This document shows positions 48,300 to 60,342 of a stretch of 64,000 bases of DNA, in pieces. Source of the stretch: Asterionella formosa (taxonomy: Eukaryota); NCBI GenBank assembly GCA_002256025.1, contig NKIB01010367.1:1-64000 (forward strand). The letters run 5' to 3'. The translations under genes were made by a program, and so were the position numbers. Under the pieces are notes generated by a model. The model was not told where the DNA came from. It worked only from the letters and a program-made list of their open reading frames with translations, and searched no databases. Positions within the stretch are counted from its first letter, which is position 1. The number at the start of each line of letters is the position of its first letter.

Positions 48300-48690
48300 A
48301 TGTCATTGCAACCCATTGTGCAATGTGATGACTTTGCAACTTCTTACATAGTTCTATTGATAAAATTGTGGACCATATTCTCTTCACAGTAATCCTCCAT
48401 GTAGCAGTCATTGAACCATTTGTTCACACCTACATCCAACACTAGGAACTTGGAAGTGTAGACTGGCTGGGAAGAGGTAGTCCAATGCAGCCAGCCCCAA
48501 AACTTTTGGATTGAGAAGGCACATTGTCCTACCTTGTGAGCCATGAATCATCAAAAAGGATGATGATGGATCTCCTCCTTTGCATCCAGTGAAAGGCTTC
48601 CACCAAACTCCTTCAATCCAATTCACAAATACCTCTGTATCAACCAAAGATTTGGGTTGACAAGCATATTGAACACAGGCTGGCAAGAGT
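48300..48690 (-). pseudogene. pogo-like DDE_1 transposase fragment
   Basis: YACQPKSLVDTEVFVNWIEGVW and YTSKFLVLDVGVNKWFN (typical TSxLQxLDVGVNKPFK). Confidence 0.7.
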
Positions 48691-48949
48691 AGTCAATTGT
48701 CATCAAAGTTTTGAAGGTGTTTAGCAATATGCAATGAAAAGTTGAGATTGCAATCGTATAACAATGGTTACAAAGAATGAATTGCAGATTTACAAATATA
48801 CCTCTGCCAAAGGCAAAGCTGAAATAGATGAGACAGAACATTCAGAGGTAATGAATGAGGAGGTATGTCTTACTCTGGATGTACATGAATGTCATGTTTG
48901 GACTGATATCAGGAAAGACTATTCTTGGTGAAAAATCTTAGCGAAGAAG

Positions 48950-50185
48950 CACGCATGATCCCAGAAAACATGCTGAGACTTACTGTAAGTTTTGATATGG
49001 GCTGGCAGTAGTAGTGCCCTATCTAGTGGTAACAAATATAATTCGAATAACGGGCATGCTTCTTGTATTGGGGCCTATTCAAAAAAATACTGGACTGCTG
49101 CGAAAAATCTAAGGAGTGCAACACTTGTGACTATGACGCCCAGCGGTTTACTTCAACCGAGCCTCATGTTTGCTCAAAGAATCACCTATTGGGTAGTTCC
49201 AAGTTGATGGAATGTGATGCTGGGATTAAAATGGCAATCAAGGTAGTGCATACGTATCAAGTCTTCTACACTACAATGATTTGGGATGACGATTCGACTA
49301 TTAGCGGCAATTGTAAATGGTCTTATAAGGTATACTACTACAAAATCTATTGTTTGAATGGCCAAAAAACAACAATGGCGCAAAAAGGGCAAACCATGGA
49401 TGCCTTCCATTACACATCAACAAACCGGTTTTTCTATTGGAACCCTCCCACCGAGATTATCACAAGCCGACTGCCTGTGACTTGAAAATATATTATGAAT
49501 GCTTCATTAAAAATGGTCAAGACAAAACATTTGAAGATGTCAGTGCAGCATCACTGGTGCCAATCCACCACTTGTTTAACAGTCATGATTATTGTAATCC
49601 CGAATGGTGCCCATGAAAGCAACAAACAAAATTGTTTGTAAAGGAAAATATCGGAATATCTATGACAACAAGGAACTTTTTGATTGGCTACTTGAAACTA
49701 TTGGAAAAAAGATGGAAGGTGAGAAACTCAAAGCATTACATCACCCAATTGATGCACAAATGAATGAGACGATGAACAATGCTGTTGCCAGATGTTGTCC
49801 AATACACAAAATATTCACTGGCTCCAAAAGCCTGATCTATAGAGTAGCATCAGTAACAGGAAAACACAAACAAGGCACTGGTATATACATGTCTAATGTT
49901 TATGGAAAATCAGGAATGACAAAGTCAACTCTGCAACAAACCTTTTGGAATCAATGGCTAAAGAAGCAAACAAATGATGCAGAATAGAAGAAAATGTCTA
50001 GGAGGAAATGGAAATGAAGTGAAGCAATTCATAGTGCAGGATTTGATATAAGTCAACAAGAAAAGTGGAAAATTTTCAAATCAGGCATAGCAATCACCAC
50101 GGATGCTGAAGAAAGTGTTGAGCCTCATCCCACTGCCAAGAAATGCAAACATTGTGGACTTGGTGATCATTTGAGAAGAACTGAT
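48950..50185 (+). pseudogene. Mutator-like transposase relic
   Basis: LTVSFDMGWQ..SGNKYNSNNGH, CSKNHLLGSSKLME, DDDST, EPSHR, HLFNSHDYCNPEWC, AQMNETMN, terminal CKHCGLGDH. Multiple frameshifts. Confidence 0.72.
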
Positions 50186-50219
50186 GTATGATACTCATAC
50201 AACATTATTGAAACTACCA

Positions 50220-50322
50220 GGTACTGGTAGTACTGATTTTACTGATTCATCTAATACATGTGGTTCAAGTGTGGCTGGCGTGATTTACAAGACCAGGATA
50301 CTCCAGTCAATCTGGAGCCGGT
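50220..50322 (+). repeat. Second copy of the ~110-bp repeat at 15988-16099
   Basis: Direct match; ends with hairpin ctccag-tcaat-ctggag. Confidence 0.85.
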
Positions 50323-50944
50323 GAGTAAATTAAATTCAACCGATCAGCAGGATACATACATATACCGTTATATTGATTCATTCTATTGAAATAATGCCGT
50401 ATATATACCGGCAGGCATGGTGGTGACACTCAGAACATTTCAGATTGTCCTGCCTGTTATCTCACATGAAAGTGTGTGCAACTCACCCAAAAAAATACGG
50501 TAGGAGGCATGTATTTGTATACGGTTCCAGGGACCAGTAAAAAGATAAGATTGTTGCTTTTGTTTGTAAGATGTGCATGTCGTCACATACGATAAATATT
50601 CGTTCATGTATATGACGACGGTGTGTGACTCCGTGCAGAGTGGTATTCCGATGTGAGGAGTACAATGTTTGTGTATACTCCGCCGGAGGATTTTGAGTCC
50701 ATGGAAAATCCATCGCTCGTCTGCTCATTCCGGTCGTGTGCGCATTCATAAAATGTACGTATATCATAAATGTATCGGTGAACTAATACCGGTATATACC
50801 GATAGCGGTAAATAATCAATTAAATGTACCGGTACCGGTACTCGAACAGGCGTTGGCAAAGCAAGGGCGGCGAGTGATGGAAAATTCCAACATATAAAAT
50901 CATGCAGAAGATCGAGACAAAGAAAAACTAATTAAAACAGAAAT

Positions 50945-53133
50945 ATGATACCTCATCGTCGAGCTTTCATTGTTACCTTGGTGTCTTTTTTCGTATCCGT
51001 TGTCCATGGCCAAGGCGACTATGTGAGTTAAGAAACGTTACCGCCGAGTAAATCCGACCAAGCGCTGAACATGCCTTATGGATTAGTGTATTTGTAGGCT
51101 CTATCTAGCGAGAATCTAACATCCATCCCACGGAGCTCAACCTTTTTCACTTGCAATCCAAACAACTGTAGGCATCTCCTGGAGTTCAAGGGGCAACCGG
51201 GGAGTGTCTCTATTGCCAAGTTGGAGTCATTAATGTCATGTTAGATGATGGTGTAGCCATCTCAAGCTACCGCTGTATTACTGACGAGATACAAGAGGGT
51301 GATGGAGAATCGGAGATGGCATATCTCATCAACCTTCCAACTGCTTTTGCCAATGCGCACAAGGTTGCGCTGGACTCAGGAGTGTCGAGTATTTGTATTA
51401 TTGGTGGTTCCGCGATTCGCACTGAATTCGGAAAACCTGACTTCGTCGTTATTCCATTGAATACTGACATTTATTTCGTTGCAAGTCGATCCAATCGTGA
51501 GCGCCAACTAGTGCAGACTGGAAACCGAACCATGCTTATTGTACGTGTAACTGCCCCTAATTCAACTCAATCCAATTCTCCTGAAAGACTTGCAAATGCA
51601 ACCTTTGGTATTGGAGGTCAGCGGAACTCCATGGCCGCACAGTACAGTTCATGTTCTGCTGGGCAGCTTTCCTTTGTCGCTGCCACTGGATTTCCTAATA
51701 AGATCACAAATGGAGTTATTGAACTTCCTATTCAATCAACCATCAATAACATAAGCATCTTCTCCCTCGAGAACTCAATGAAAGTTGGGGTAAGGATTTC
51801 ACTCGGTGTAACAGACCTCAGCAGCACTTTCTCCCACATCGTTTTTTGCTTGCCATTTGGTACCACATTCAAAGGGGGAAATTGGATAGCTTATTCTTAT
51901 GGATCGGGATCATATTCATATTTTAACAATGGTGAGAGTAGCTTCTGTCATGCAAGATTCTTGGGTTTCCAAACCATTGATTTATCCTTCGTTATTTTCT
52001 TGGTCCATTGTCGCAGCGTTTTGCTCAAGTCTAAGTACTAAGATGCACGAAATTGGGTAAGAAGCTTCCCATGACTCAAGAAGGTGTTTTTAATAATCCG
52101 ATTCTCACTTTCATTGTTCTTTTGCAGACATAACTTAGGCCTTCAGCATTCAAATGAAAATGGCACCGAATACGCTGATGGGAGCTGCATGATGGGGTAC
52201 AGCTATGAAGGTACCGAATCACCAGTCATGTGCTTCAACGGCCACAAGAACTACGTGCTCGGATGGTACGCCGATAAGCAAATCATTCTCGAACCAGCAA
52301 AAGGTGTGACTTGGTCTGGAAAGCTGGTTGGTTTCGTAGACTACAACAAGGCATCAACATCTAGGAATGAATATGTTCTTGTCGTTTTTGGCACTCTGTT
52401 CATTCAATACAACCTTGCTGAAGGCTTCAACTCTCAAGTACAAGAGAAGGCGAACCTGGTCACAATTGTAACCGCTCCAACAAGCACTTCACAATCACTT
52501 ATGCTGCTGTCGCTCTCGGCAAAGCAATTTGTTGTGGTAGACTCCTACAGAATTGAAGCTTGCACGGTGGTTGCTGCCAATTCCACAGCTCCAAAGCATA
52601 TGACGCTCTCAATTCGCTTGAGCAATCAGAGCTCGACCTGTCCTGGTGCAACTTTAGTCACCATGACACCTACTGCCCAGCCCACGGCAAGGCCAACTAC
52701 TAAGCCAACCTTTAAACCTACTGAGAAACCGACTACTCTCCCTACTACCAACCCAACCGCTACAATTCCTATACCAACCGCTTTACCTACTGTGAACACA
52801 GTGCCTTCTAAAACACTGACACCCAATCCTTCACAGTCGGAAGTATCATCAAAAATTCCTACAACAACACCGACTGCTTTGCCAACTGACACTCCAACAT
52901 TCATACCGACTATTTCGCCAACTGTAATGCCGACCGCAATGCCTACCAGAATACCTACCGTTTCTGTAAGTTCAATAATAGTTACTGCGAAGCCAACACT
53001 GACTACAAAGCCAGTCACCTTTAAGCCGACTCGAAAGCCCACCAAGACTCCGAAACCAAAACCAACCACTCTTAAACCAAGCCCTCATAGTACGACTCAG
53101 AAGCCAACCACTTCTAGCCCGATACAAGCCTGA
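50945..53133 (+). CDS. Secreted gametolysin-like metzincin (peptidase M11) with Pro/Thr-rich tail; exons 50945-51022, 51172-51931, 52017-52056, 52128-53133
   Basis: Signal peptide MIPHRRAFIVTLVSFFVSVVHG. Three GT-AG introns restore the frame, and splicing yields HEIGHNLGLQH (HExxHxxGxxH) and Met-turn SCMMGY. MCFNGHKNYVLGWY; PTxxPT repeats. The intron 1 acceptor is least certain. Confidence 0.88.
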
Positions 53134-53861
53134 ACTTAATTGAATCCCTGCCATTAGGCGACCAATACCTTTACTTCTCGTGACTTACGATATTTTATGT
53201 ATTCCCAATTGCGCACTGACCACTGCCACCACATCCTACAGCAAAGGTGGCAGGGTAAATATAGCGAAGTTTTAGACATGCCTGGATTTACAATAAGCTG
53301 ACTGATTACTGTGTTGTTCCCATCAACAATCCATTGATGTTGTTGTGCCATTAAATTATATGTCTTTTACCTATTGGGAGGAATCAAAGCCCCAGTGAAT
53401 TGGGGTCAAGCCATCTTCCTATTGGTTGACCAAGATATACACCAAACATGTTTTGCTTTCATTTCTGTGAACATAGATCCAACTGGGAGTGAAAAACATT
53501 ATGCAAATGGTTTACATTTAGGGGATTCTGTGCTCATATCCTGATGTTCAACCATAATGCATTGCATCTTGCTAACTATTTACAATGATGGCTACCAAAT
53601 TTAAGATTCTGTATTGACTACTTAGAATGTAGCATACAGAAATTCTTCAGCTATATTAAGTGTTGGGTATATATGCTTAAATATAATATATAATTCTGCC
53701 TACCAGTACCAGGTTACTGAATATTCTACCATCACTTACAAATGGTCTCCAACTGTGGGAAATCAGTGATTCTCCTCCACTTTGGCCTCTTCTAGTACAC
53801 TCCTTGCTTAGCACTGATTCTCTTTTATGGACTTCTCCCTTTTGTTGAAAATAATTGCGGC

Positions 53862-53983
53862 GATTGTTAAATTTCTCCAGGGAAATTTTGATTCCTACAA
53901 TTTTCTCCAGCTCAATTGCCCAGATTGTTAAAATTTCTCCAGGGGAATTTTGATTCCTACAATTTTCTCCAGCTCAATTGCCC
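53862..53983. repeat. Near-perfect tandem duplication of ~61 bp
   Basis: gattgttaaatttctccaggg(a/g)aattttgattcctacaattttctccagctcaattgccc twice. Confidence 0.9.
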
Positions 53984-54176
53984 TGATGTGCAAAATCACA
54001 TAAGCTACAGATCCATAACACGGCATTTGGCAATATGCACATGTACATAATTAATATATATATAGTTGCTAAGAAAATTTTTAACTACACGTTATAGAGC
54101 CTCGACTACAGTGGAGTTCGTTGGGTTGCACTGTGGCCAAGTAGACCAGGATTGTAGATGTAGGACATTGGAGTCG

Positions 54177-54273
54177 GGCAAGGAGCCCATGTGGCTCTTA
54201 GAGTGTGGAGGAGAAATTGTTTGTAATAGTAATAGTTGTGAGTAAGGCAAGGAGCCCATGTGGCTCTTAGAGT
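54177..54273. repeat. Two identical 28-bp direct repeats with a 41-bp spacer
   Basis: ggcaaggagcccatgtggctcttagagt at 54177 and 54246. Confidence 0.85.
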
Positions 54274-57200
54274 ATGGTGAATAAATTGATTGAACAGGAA
54301 GTAATGAGTGAGGATAGAACTGACAACATAAGTTGTCAAAACAGCTGTAAAGTAGGGCTTGAGAAACTTGAATAGATATGTGATGTGCTGTATGCATTGG
54401 AAGAAAGAGATAGAGATAGATTGAAAAATAGATTTGAAGCAATGGAAGATAAATTGAAAAGAGATGAATAATCAGAGGAATGAAAGGCTGCTGTCAAAAT
54501 GAATTGATAGCTAAAGGAACTCTGGAAGTTTGTTCACATCACAGCTTATTTGATTTACTGATAATCAAAACGATAGGTTAAAAACAGGGATGGAAGCATA
54601 TTATTGCTGGAAGGGAGGTCTTGACAGTGCTGGGATCCTCGACTTGTTCTGAGGTGTCATTGAGTAAAATCGGACGAGTGGTGACAGGCTTTGGCAATAA
54701 ATAAATGAGCAATACTTGATGAAATGATGAATCCAATGGTAGATTAGGAGTTGAGACAAGAGGAGAAGCTTGGATTGCCAATGCAGTAGACAGATCAGAG
54801 GAAAGTGAAATTCCTACAGCCTTTGGTACCCGATGGCAGAGAGTGTGGGCCGCAGCAATAGAAAACAGTTTCTTGGAATTTCCGAAGGGTCTTGGGGTCT
54901 TCAAGGTGACAATGAGAGGACTAGAAGTGGCAGAGAGGGACAGGAAGCTGGTGGGAGGAAGAGTAAGCAGTCTTTTGACAAATGTGCTGTGTAGGCGAAA
55001 GTCGTTTCCTCAGGAAGGAACAGGTGGATTTGACTAATTTTTGCTGTGGAGTGACCAGCAGGTCTAACAGTGAAAGTTGAGAATGAAAAAGAGTGGAGGA
55101 GGGGTAAGCAAAAGGAGCGGCAGTGTCCAAAGAGGACATGGTGACTGAGGAGGGTGTCAGCAGCAGCGCTACAGACTGCCAACATAGGCTAAGCAAGTAC
55201 TAAGAAAAATAGAGGAAAGTCGGGATTGTAACCCGGAGAATTCAATGTTGTGATGTTGAAACTATATAATTAATATATATATATATATGTTAAATTGGTT
55301 TCAAATAATTCATTTAGATGCTATTAATTTAATTACAGAAACAGAGTGTATGTTCATGTCTACTTTGTAACTCATAACAAATGCATTTTTTCGAGTAGGC
55401 CGCCAACCCTCACATAGAAAGATTGTATGTTGGCTATGCCATCCTTCATATGCAAACAGCAAAGATGCTAGTGGTGCCGGCAATTCCACGCAATTATTTT
55501 CAACCAGAGGGAGTACCAATCTAGCATACATGCAACAAACAGCACTATGCATCCCAGATACTGGTACCTGATTCTCTGGGTGAGTTGGAGATCTAGTCCC
55601 ACTCATTTTCTCCAAACTCTGTGGTATTTCTTGGTTCTTTTCACTCTGAGAGGAGTTTATTATTGACCCAAGAAGCTCACATTTATAATATAGTAACTAC
55701 TTTTATAGTGCCTTAAAGCTACTCTATTGGAGAAAGGGCAGCTTGCGTGGCACTTCCTGGTGTGAACAGCCTGGTTTAGAAACTTCTAACCCTCCTGATA
55801 TTAATATAACATACATATTGACTTCTGGTGCAATCAAGCGGGGATGGGTGTTGTGGGAACACCTTGTTGACCACCTGTCTAGGTATAAGTGAGTGCAGAG
55901 TGGTGCTGTGTGGTGCAGAAGGTGCTTGAGTGTGTCAATTCTTCACCTTGTCACATTTGCTGTGAAGGAAGTGTTGATATTAGTGCTTTTTGTGGCAAAG
56001 GACTTGGCCACAGCCACTGATGTGCTGTTGTTTTGGGTGATAGTTGGTCCTGTCTTAAAGTATTTTTGTGCTTTTACATCAAATGGTTTCGAAATCTTTG
56101 ATGGAAGATGCATATCTTCATTTGCATGGATGTGTAGCTTCTCCATTGATAATCCGATATTCCACTGTGCCCACTTTGCAGACATTGGAGCTAGTGTCAT
56201 TATGTTTGCCATTTTCTTTCCTTTCAGGATTGAATTCAACTCTCGTTCATTCTGTGGAGATTTATTCCAGTCATTCTGCTGAATACGTACAGCTGCTGGA
56301 TTCACTGGTACACTGGGAGGCGCATATTCGATCACACTGTCACTATTGATGGTTCCTTTACATAATGAATTTCCGCTTGGTGTACTAAACTTTGCCATTT
56401 TCTTTCCTTGCTGGATTGAATTTAATTCGTTTTCTGTCTGTGGTATGTTGAACCGGATCTCTCTGCTGGATGCGCACTTCTGATGTGTCCCCTGGTGTGC
56501 TGGGAGGCACCGCTTCTCTCTCCATATCGACATCCTGTGTTCCGGTAAATAATCAAGTTTTGCTTAATTTTTCTCTCTTTCGACCTTGATAATCGATGCA
56601 AATGCTAAATCTGCTGTTATTTCTTGTTGTATGATCTCTTTCTTGTCATTGTAGTTGCGCGCTGTTTCTCTTGCCTTGGCTAAGCTTCACCGCAATTTTG
56701 TTCGATTTCGACGACATCGCCATCACCACATCGTCATGATCACAGTTTGCCACCATTAACGCCTTGACTTTCTTTATTTTTCCTGTTATGAAATCACTTC
56801 CTTTTAGCGCCTTTGTTGCGTTAAGCCACGTTGAATATGATACCTTTGTGGTGCTGGTATCATCGCAACCAAACCTCAGTGATGTCGTTTTTGCCATGGT
56901 GATGGCGCTGTTTTGCTTCTTATTGGAAAATTCTTCTAATATACTAATTGCTGTATTTGCCCGATTTCCTTCCTTCATCCCAAAATTTCCCATTGAGGGG
57001 ATCGACTAAAAGTTTGTTATTAAGACCGATTATGTAAAAAACATAAGACATTTCAAAATGAGGATCGGCTCATTCGAAAATATGTGTTATGTATGAGTTA
57101 TGTAGACGTGAGTACTAACTCTCATTCCCTAATTAAAGAAATTCCTTGTATATAAGTTTATCAAGCAAAACCAATTGAGCATACATACAAATAATGCCAA

Positions 57201-58230
57201 ATGCTGGCTGTTTTACATCAGCCAGCAGCTCAAATATTTGTGGGAGACCAAATAAAACACGTGCGTCATTTTATCATAATTATAAAATGAATAGAATAAC
57301 AGTTATTACATATACTTTCTACGGTTGATACATCTACATGGACCATTCCACCGGATATTTAACGGTTCCAATCAGCAAAATGAGCATACCGTCATTTTCT
57401 TCGTTCCCATCCACGCCACTTTTCGGTTGCGCAATCCATAATCGAAGGCAAGCTGCCACTGTCCTCTGCCACCATTCCATGGAGCCATCAACTGTTGTAT
57501 CATTTAAGATGCACCAATGAAACTTTGTTCTTCTGTAACCAATTTTCATGCTGATGCTTTGCCTAATGATTCTTCGTATCCATTGACAAACATGCTAGAG
57601 CAAGAATTGACTTCAATTCATCTCTAGCAAATGGTCCTGACAATTTGATGCCAGCATATCCATGAAAGGAATATTCTACAGGAATTTCACCGCCATCATT
57701 TAATTCCACAGCACCTGCAATAATTTCCTCCTCCTCATTTAAATAGATGGGTCAGAAAGATTCTCATGTTGACTGAACCTTGGGTTTGGATTTTTAGGTT
57801 CTTGAAGGAGTTCTTCAGTGGGGTTTGTTTCTGAATCATTGTTGCAGCTGGGGGAAGTATGCGGAGGGTAATGGAGGGGGTGGGGTGGAAGTGGCTGAGG
57901 ATTTTGTCATCCGAAGTTGGCATGGAGGAGAGCGTTTCAGTCTGCAGCAGTGTGTAGCGGAGCCCGTAGTCTATATACAGTACGCACTTGCATATAATTC
58001 ATAAAAAATATGTAGGTAAGCAGGAAATGAGTCCGCTATTTCGTCATATATAGTAATGCTGCAAATCTTTAAAAAGGTATATTATACGTAGATGAATCAT
58101 TTATATCTATATACATCTATATAGACATGAATAGTTTACGTATAAATATACCGGTATATTTGATATCCGTTATTTCTCATCAGCATGTCGACCACCATAA
58201 TCTTGAGGGCAGGAGGCTCGGACACTGCTC

Positions 58231-60195
58231 TTGCTGCTGCTTTGCTATCACATGGGAAAGTCTGAGGGCGCAGGGCAAAGTATCCCGACTAATAGAATGC
58301 TACAATTCACCAATTCCTCCATTGCTCCGACTCAATTGAACAACGGTGTCTCAGGAGCGCCACTAGCACCTGACAGCATAACCTCGGGAACACACGCATC
58401 GTCACCCATAGCCCAATTCGGCCTAGTACTCCAGGATGTAAACATACTAATTGTCACAGATGTACATTCCTGGGTTGCTGGCCGAAGTGATCATGAACCA
58501 CATCTAGATGCAGATTACGGAGATGTACTTTCCTTCCTCGCGCATTTAAAAATCATTGCCAGCGACGATGACAAGGATGTTATCTTCGTCATGAACGGAG
58601 ATTTTCTACACGGTTCGGCACTCTCCGAGAATCCACCCGAGGCTTTTTCTCCTATTCTTGAACACCTGCCCTTTGATCTTGTCACCTTGGGAAATCACGA
58701 TCTTGAACTTAAAGACACCATTGAATATCTGCAGCGACCAGGAAATATAGTAGATTGGTGGGGGCCAGCTCTGGTCACTTCCAATACAGTTTACGGAAAT
58801 AAAACCTTTGGAAATTTATATCGCTTATTAAGGCTACCAAGAGCGAATCAAACACTCATATGTTTTGGATTTATCTATAACATGCAAGATTATGACGGAA
58901 GTGTTACAGTCGAAAATGTGCTAGATGTCATCCAGTCCGCCTGGTTTACAACTGTATTGCAAAACACGGATTCTTACGACGCAATCGTCATTTTGGCACA
59001 CATGGACGTACAGGACGACTTGGTCAAGGAAATTTTGGCTGTTGTTCGGACTGTTGCAGGTGCCGACGTGGTCGTTCAATTTGTGACTGGCCATACACAC
59101 AAGAGAGACTACGTGACTTTAGATTCCCATGCATCCTCAATCCAAGCAGGATATTTTTTGGATACCGTGGGATTCGTGTCATTCAATACAAAGTTGTCTA
59201 AAGCAAATTTCTTTCATTCCCTAGTGGATACCAATAAAATTGTTCTTGAGAAAACCTTAGCGATTGCGGATTTGGAAACCAGTGAAGGGCGGGACCTTTC
59301 CCAACTCATCCAAGCAGTGGCAGATAGTGTCGGCGCCAATGAGGTCATTGGATGCGCCCCTCGAACGTACTATCTCAACAATCCAATAACCGAAGAAAAT
59401 TCCCTCCATCGTTTGTATTTGGAAGACATCATGCCATCTGCATTTTTGGAAAAAACGGAATCACCCCCAAATACTAAAAATGTTTTTGTTCAGTCTCTTC
59501 CCTATTTTTTTCGATACAATCTTTATGAAGGCGAAATTACAGTCAATGACATTCACAATATTATTTCTGACAATGACGTCTTGTACCGGGTCGCTCATTC
59601 GTTACGAGGTGGAAAGCTTCAAAGGCTGGTAAGTGTTTATGCCAACGGAGCCACGTTTTTGAATGAATCTTGTCCAGCAGCTGTTTATACGACCCAAGAT
59701 AGCAATAAGGAAATAGATCCGAATGGCTCTCATGAGTTGTTCGTATCAGGAAGAGAGGTGGACGTCGTAACGAACATTTTGGCAGGAATAGGTGTGAGAT
59801 ATCCACTTAAGGAATTGGTCAATGGTGGCGACACAACTATCATCCAAATTTGGATTGACTTCATACAGAATTCGTGGGAATGCGGGCTCGATCGAGGGTA
59901 CAATGAAGGTGAAAGTGCGGTTGGGAGTAGTTCTGGGACTGTTCCGAAAAATACTACTGTGGAGAGCCCAGCGGCGAATGTTGACGGCTACACTAATTCG
60001 GAACCCATTGACAAGGCTCCGAAGAGATCAATCGTTGCTGTCGTCCTGGGTGCTATCGTGGGTGGTGCCTTATTGCTTGTACTGATTCGATCATTTCCAG
60101 CCTATATGCGACGGAAGAAACGAAAAAAAATGAGGGCACAGAATGAGCTGGTCGAACATTTCACACTAGTTAATGATGCGATTGAAATCATCTAA
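58231..60195 (+). CDS. Calcineurin-like metallophosphoesterase / 5'-nucleotidase-like, single-pass membrane protein; start uncertain
   Basis: Metal-binding motifs TDVHSW, NGDFLHG, LGNHDL, AHMD, TGHTH. C-terminal TM IVAVVLGAIVGGALLLVLI followed by RRKKRKK. First in-frame ATG is 58252. Confidence 0.88.
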   Translation: MLLLCYHMGKSEGAGQSIPTNRMLQFTNSSIAPTQLNNGVSGAPLAPDSITSGTHASSPIAQFGLVLQDVNILIVTDVHSWVAGRSDHEPHLDADYGDVLSFLAHLKIIASDDDKDVIFVMNGDFLHGSALSENPPEAFSPILEHLPFDLVTLGNHDLELKDTIEYLQRPGNIVDWWGPALVTSNTVYGNKTFGNLYRLLRLPRANQTLICFGFIYNMQDYDGSVTVENVLDVIQSAWFTTVLQNTDSYDAIVILAHMDVQDDLVKEILAVVRTVAGADVVVQFVTGHTHKRDYVTLDSHASSIQAGYFLDTVGFVSFNTKLSKANFFHSLVDTNKIVLEKTLAIADLETSEGRDLSQLIQAVADSVGANEVIGCAPRTYYLNNPITEENSLHRLYLEDIMPSAFLEKTESPPNTKNVFVQSLPYFFRYNLYEGEITVNDIHNIISDNDVLYRVAHSLRGGKLQRLVSVYANGATFLNESCPAAVYTTQDSNKEIDPNGSHELFVSGREVDVVTNILAGIGVRYPLKELVNGGDTTIIQIWIDFIQNSWECGLDRGYNEGESAVGSSSGTVPKNTTVESPAANVDGYTNSEPIDKAPKRSIVAVVLGAIVGGALLLVLIRSFPAYMRRKKRKKMRAQNELVEHFTLVNDAIEII

Positions 60196-60342
60196 TGAAA
60201 ACTGATGACATGGTTCTCGTCCAGATATCGGTGCAACCTATTTATTCATATACTGGCGTTGGCTATTAATACTGTGTCTGACTGCCCAACGCATTTGTGG
60301 CAATGCGATATCTTGCTTTCTCCAAATTTCATTTCTCTACAC

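Noticed and set aside
52626..53069. Val/Gly-rich 147-aa minus-strand ORF
   Set aside because: Antisense shadow of the Pro/Thr repeat tail of the protease.
54177..54273. CRISPR-like pair of 28-bp hairpin repeats with a 41-bp spacer
   Set aside because: Only two units, eukaryotic context, no cas genes; a local duplication is enough to explain it.
54400..55250. Possible non-LTR retrotransposon fragment
   Set aside because: Only short broken ORFs; no RT or endonuclease motif identified.
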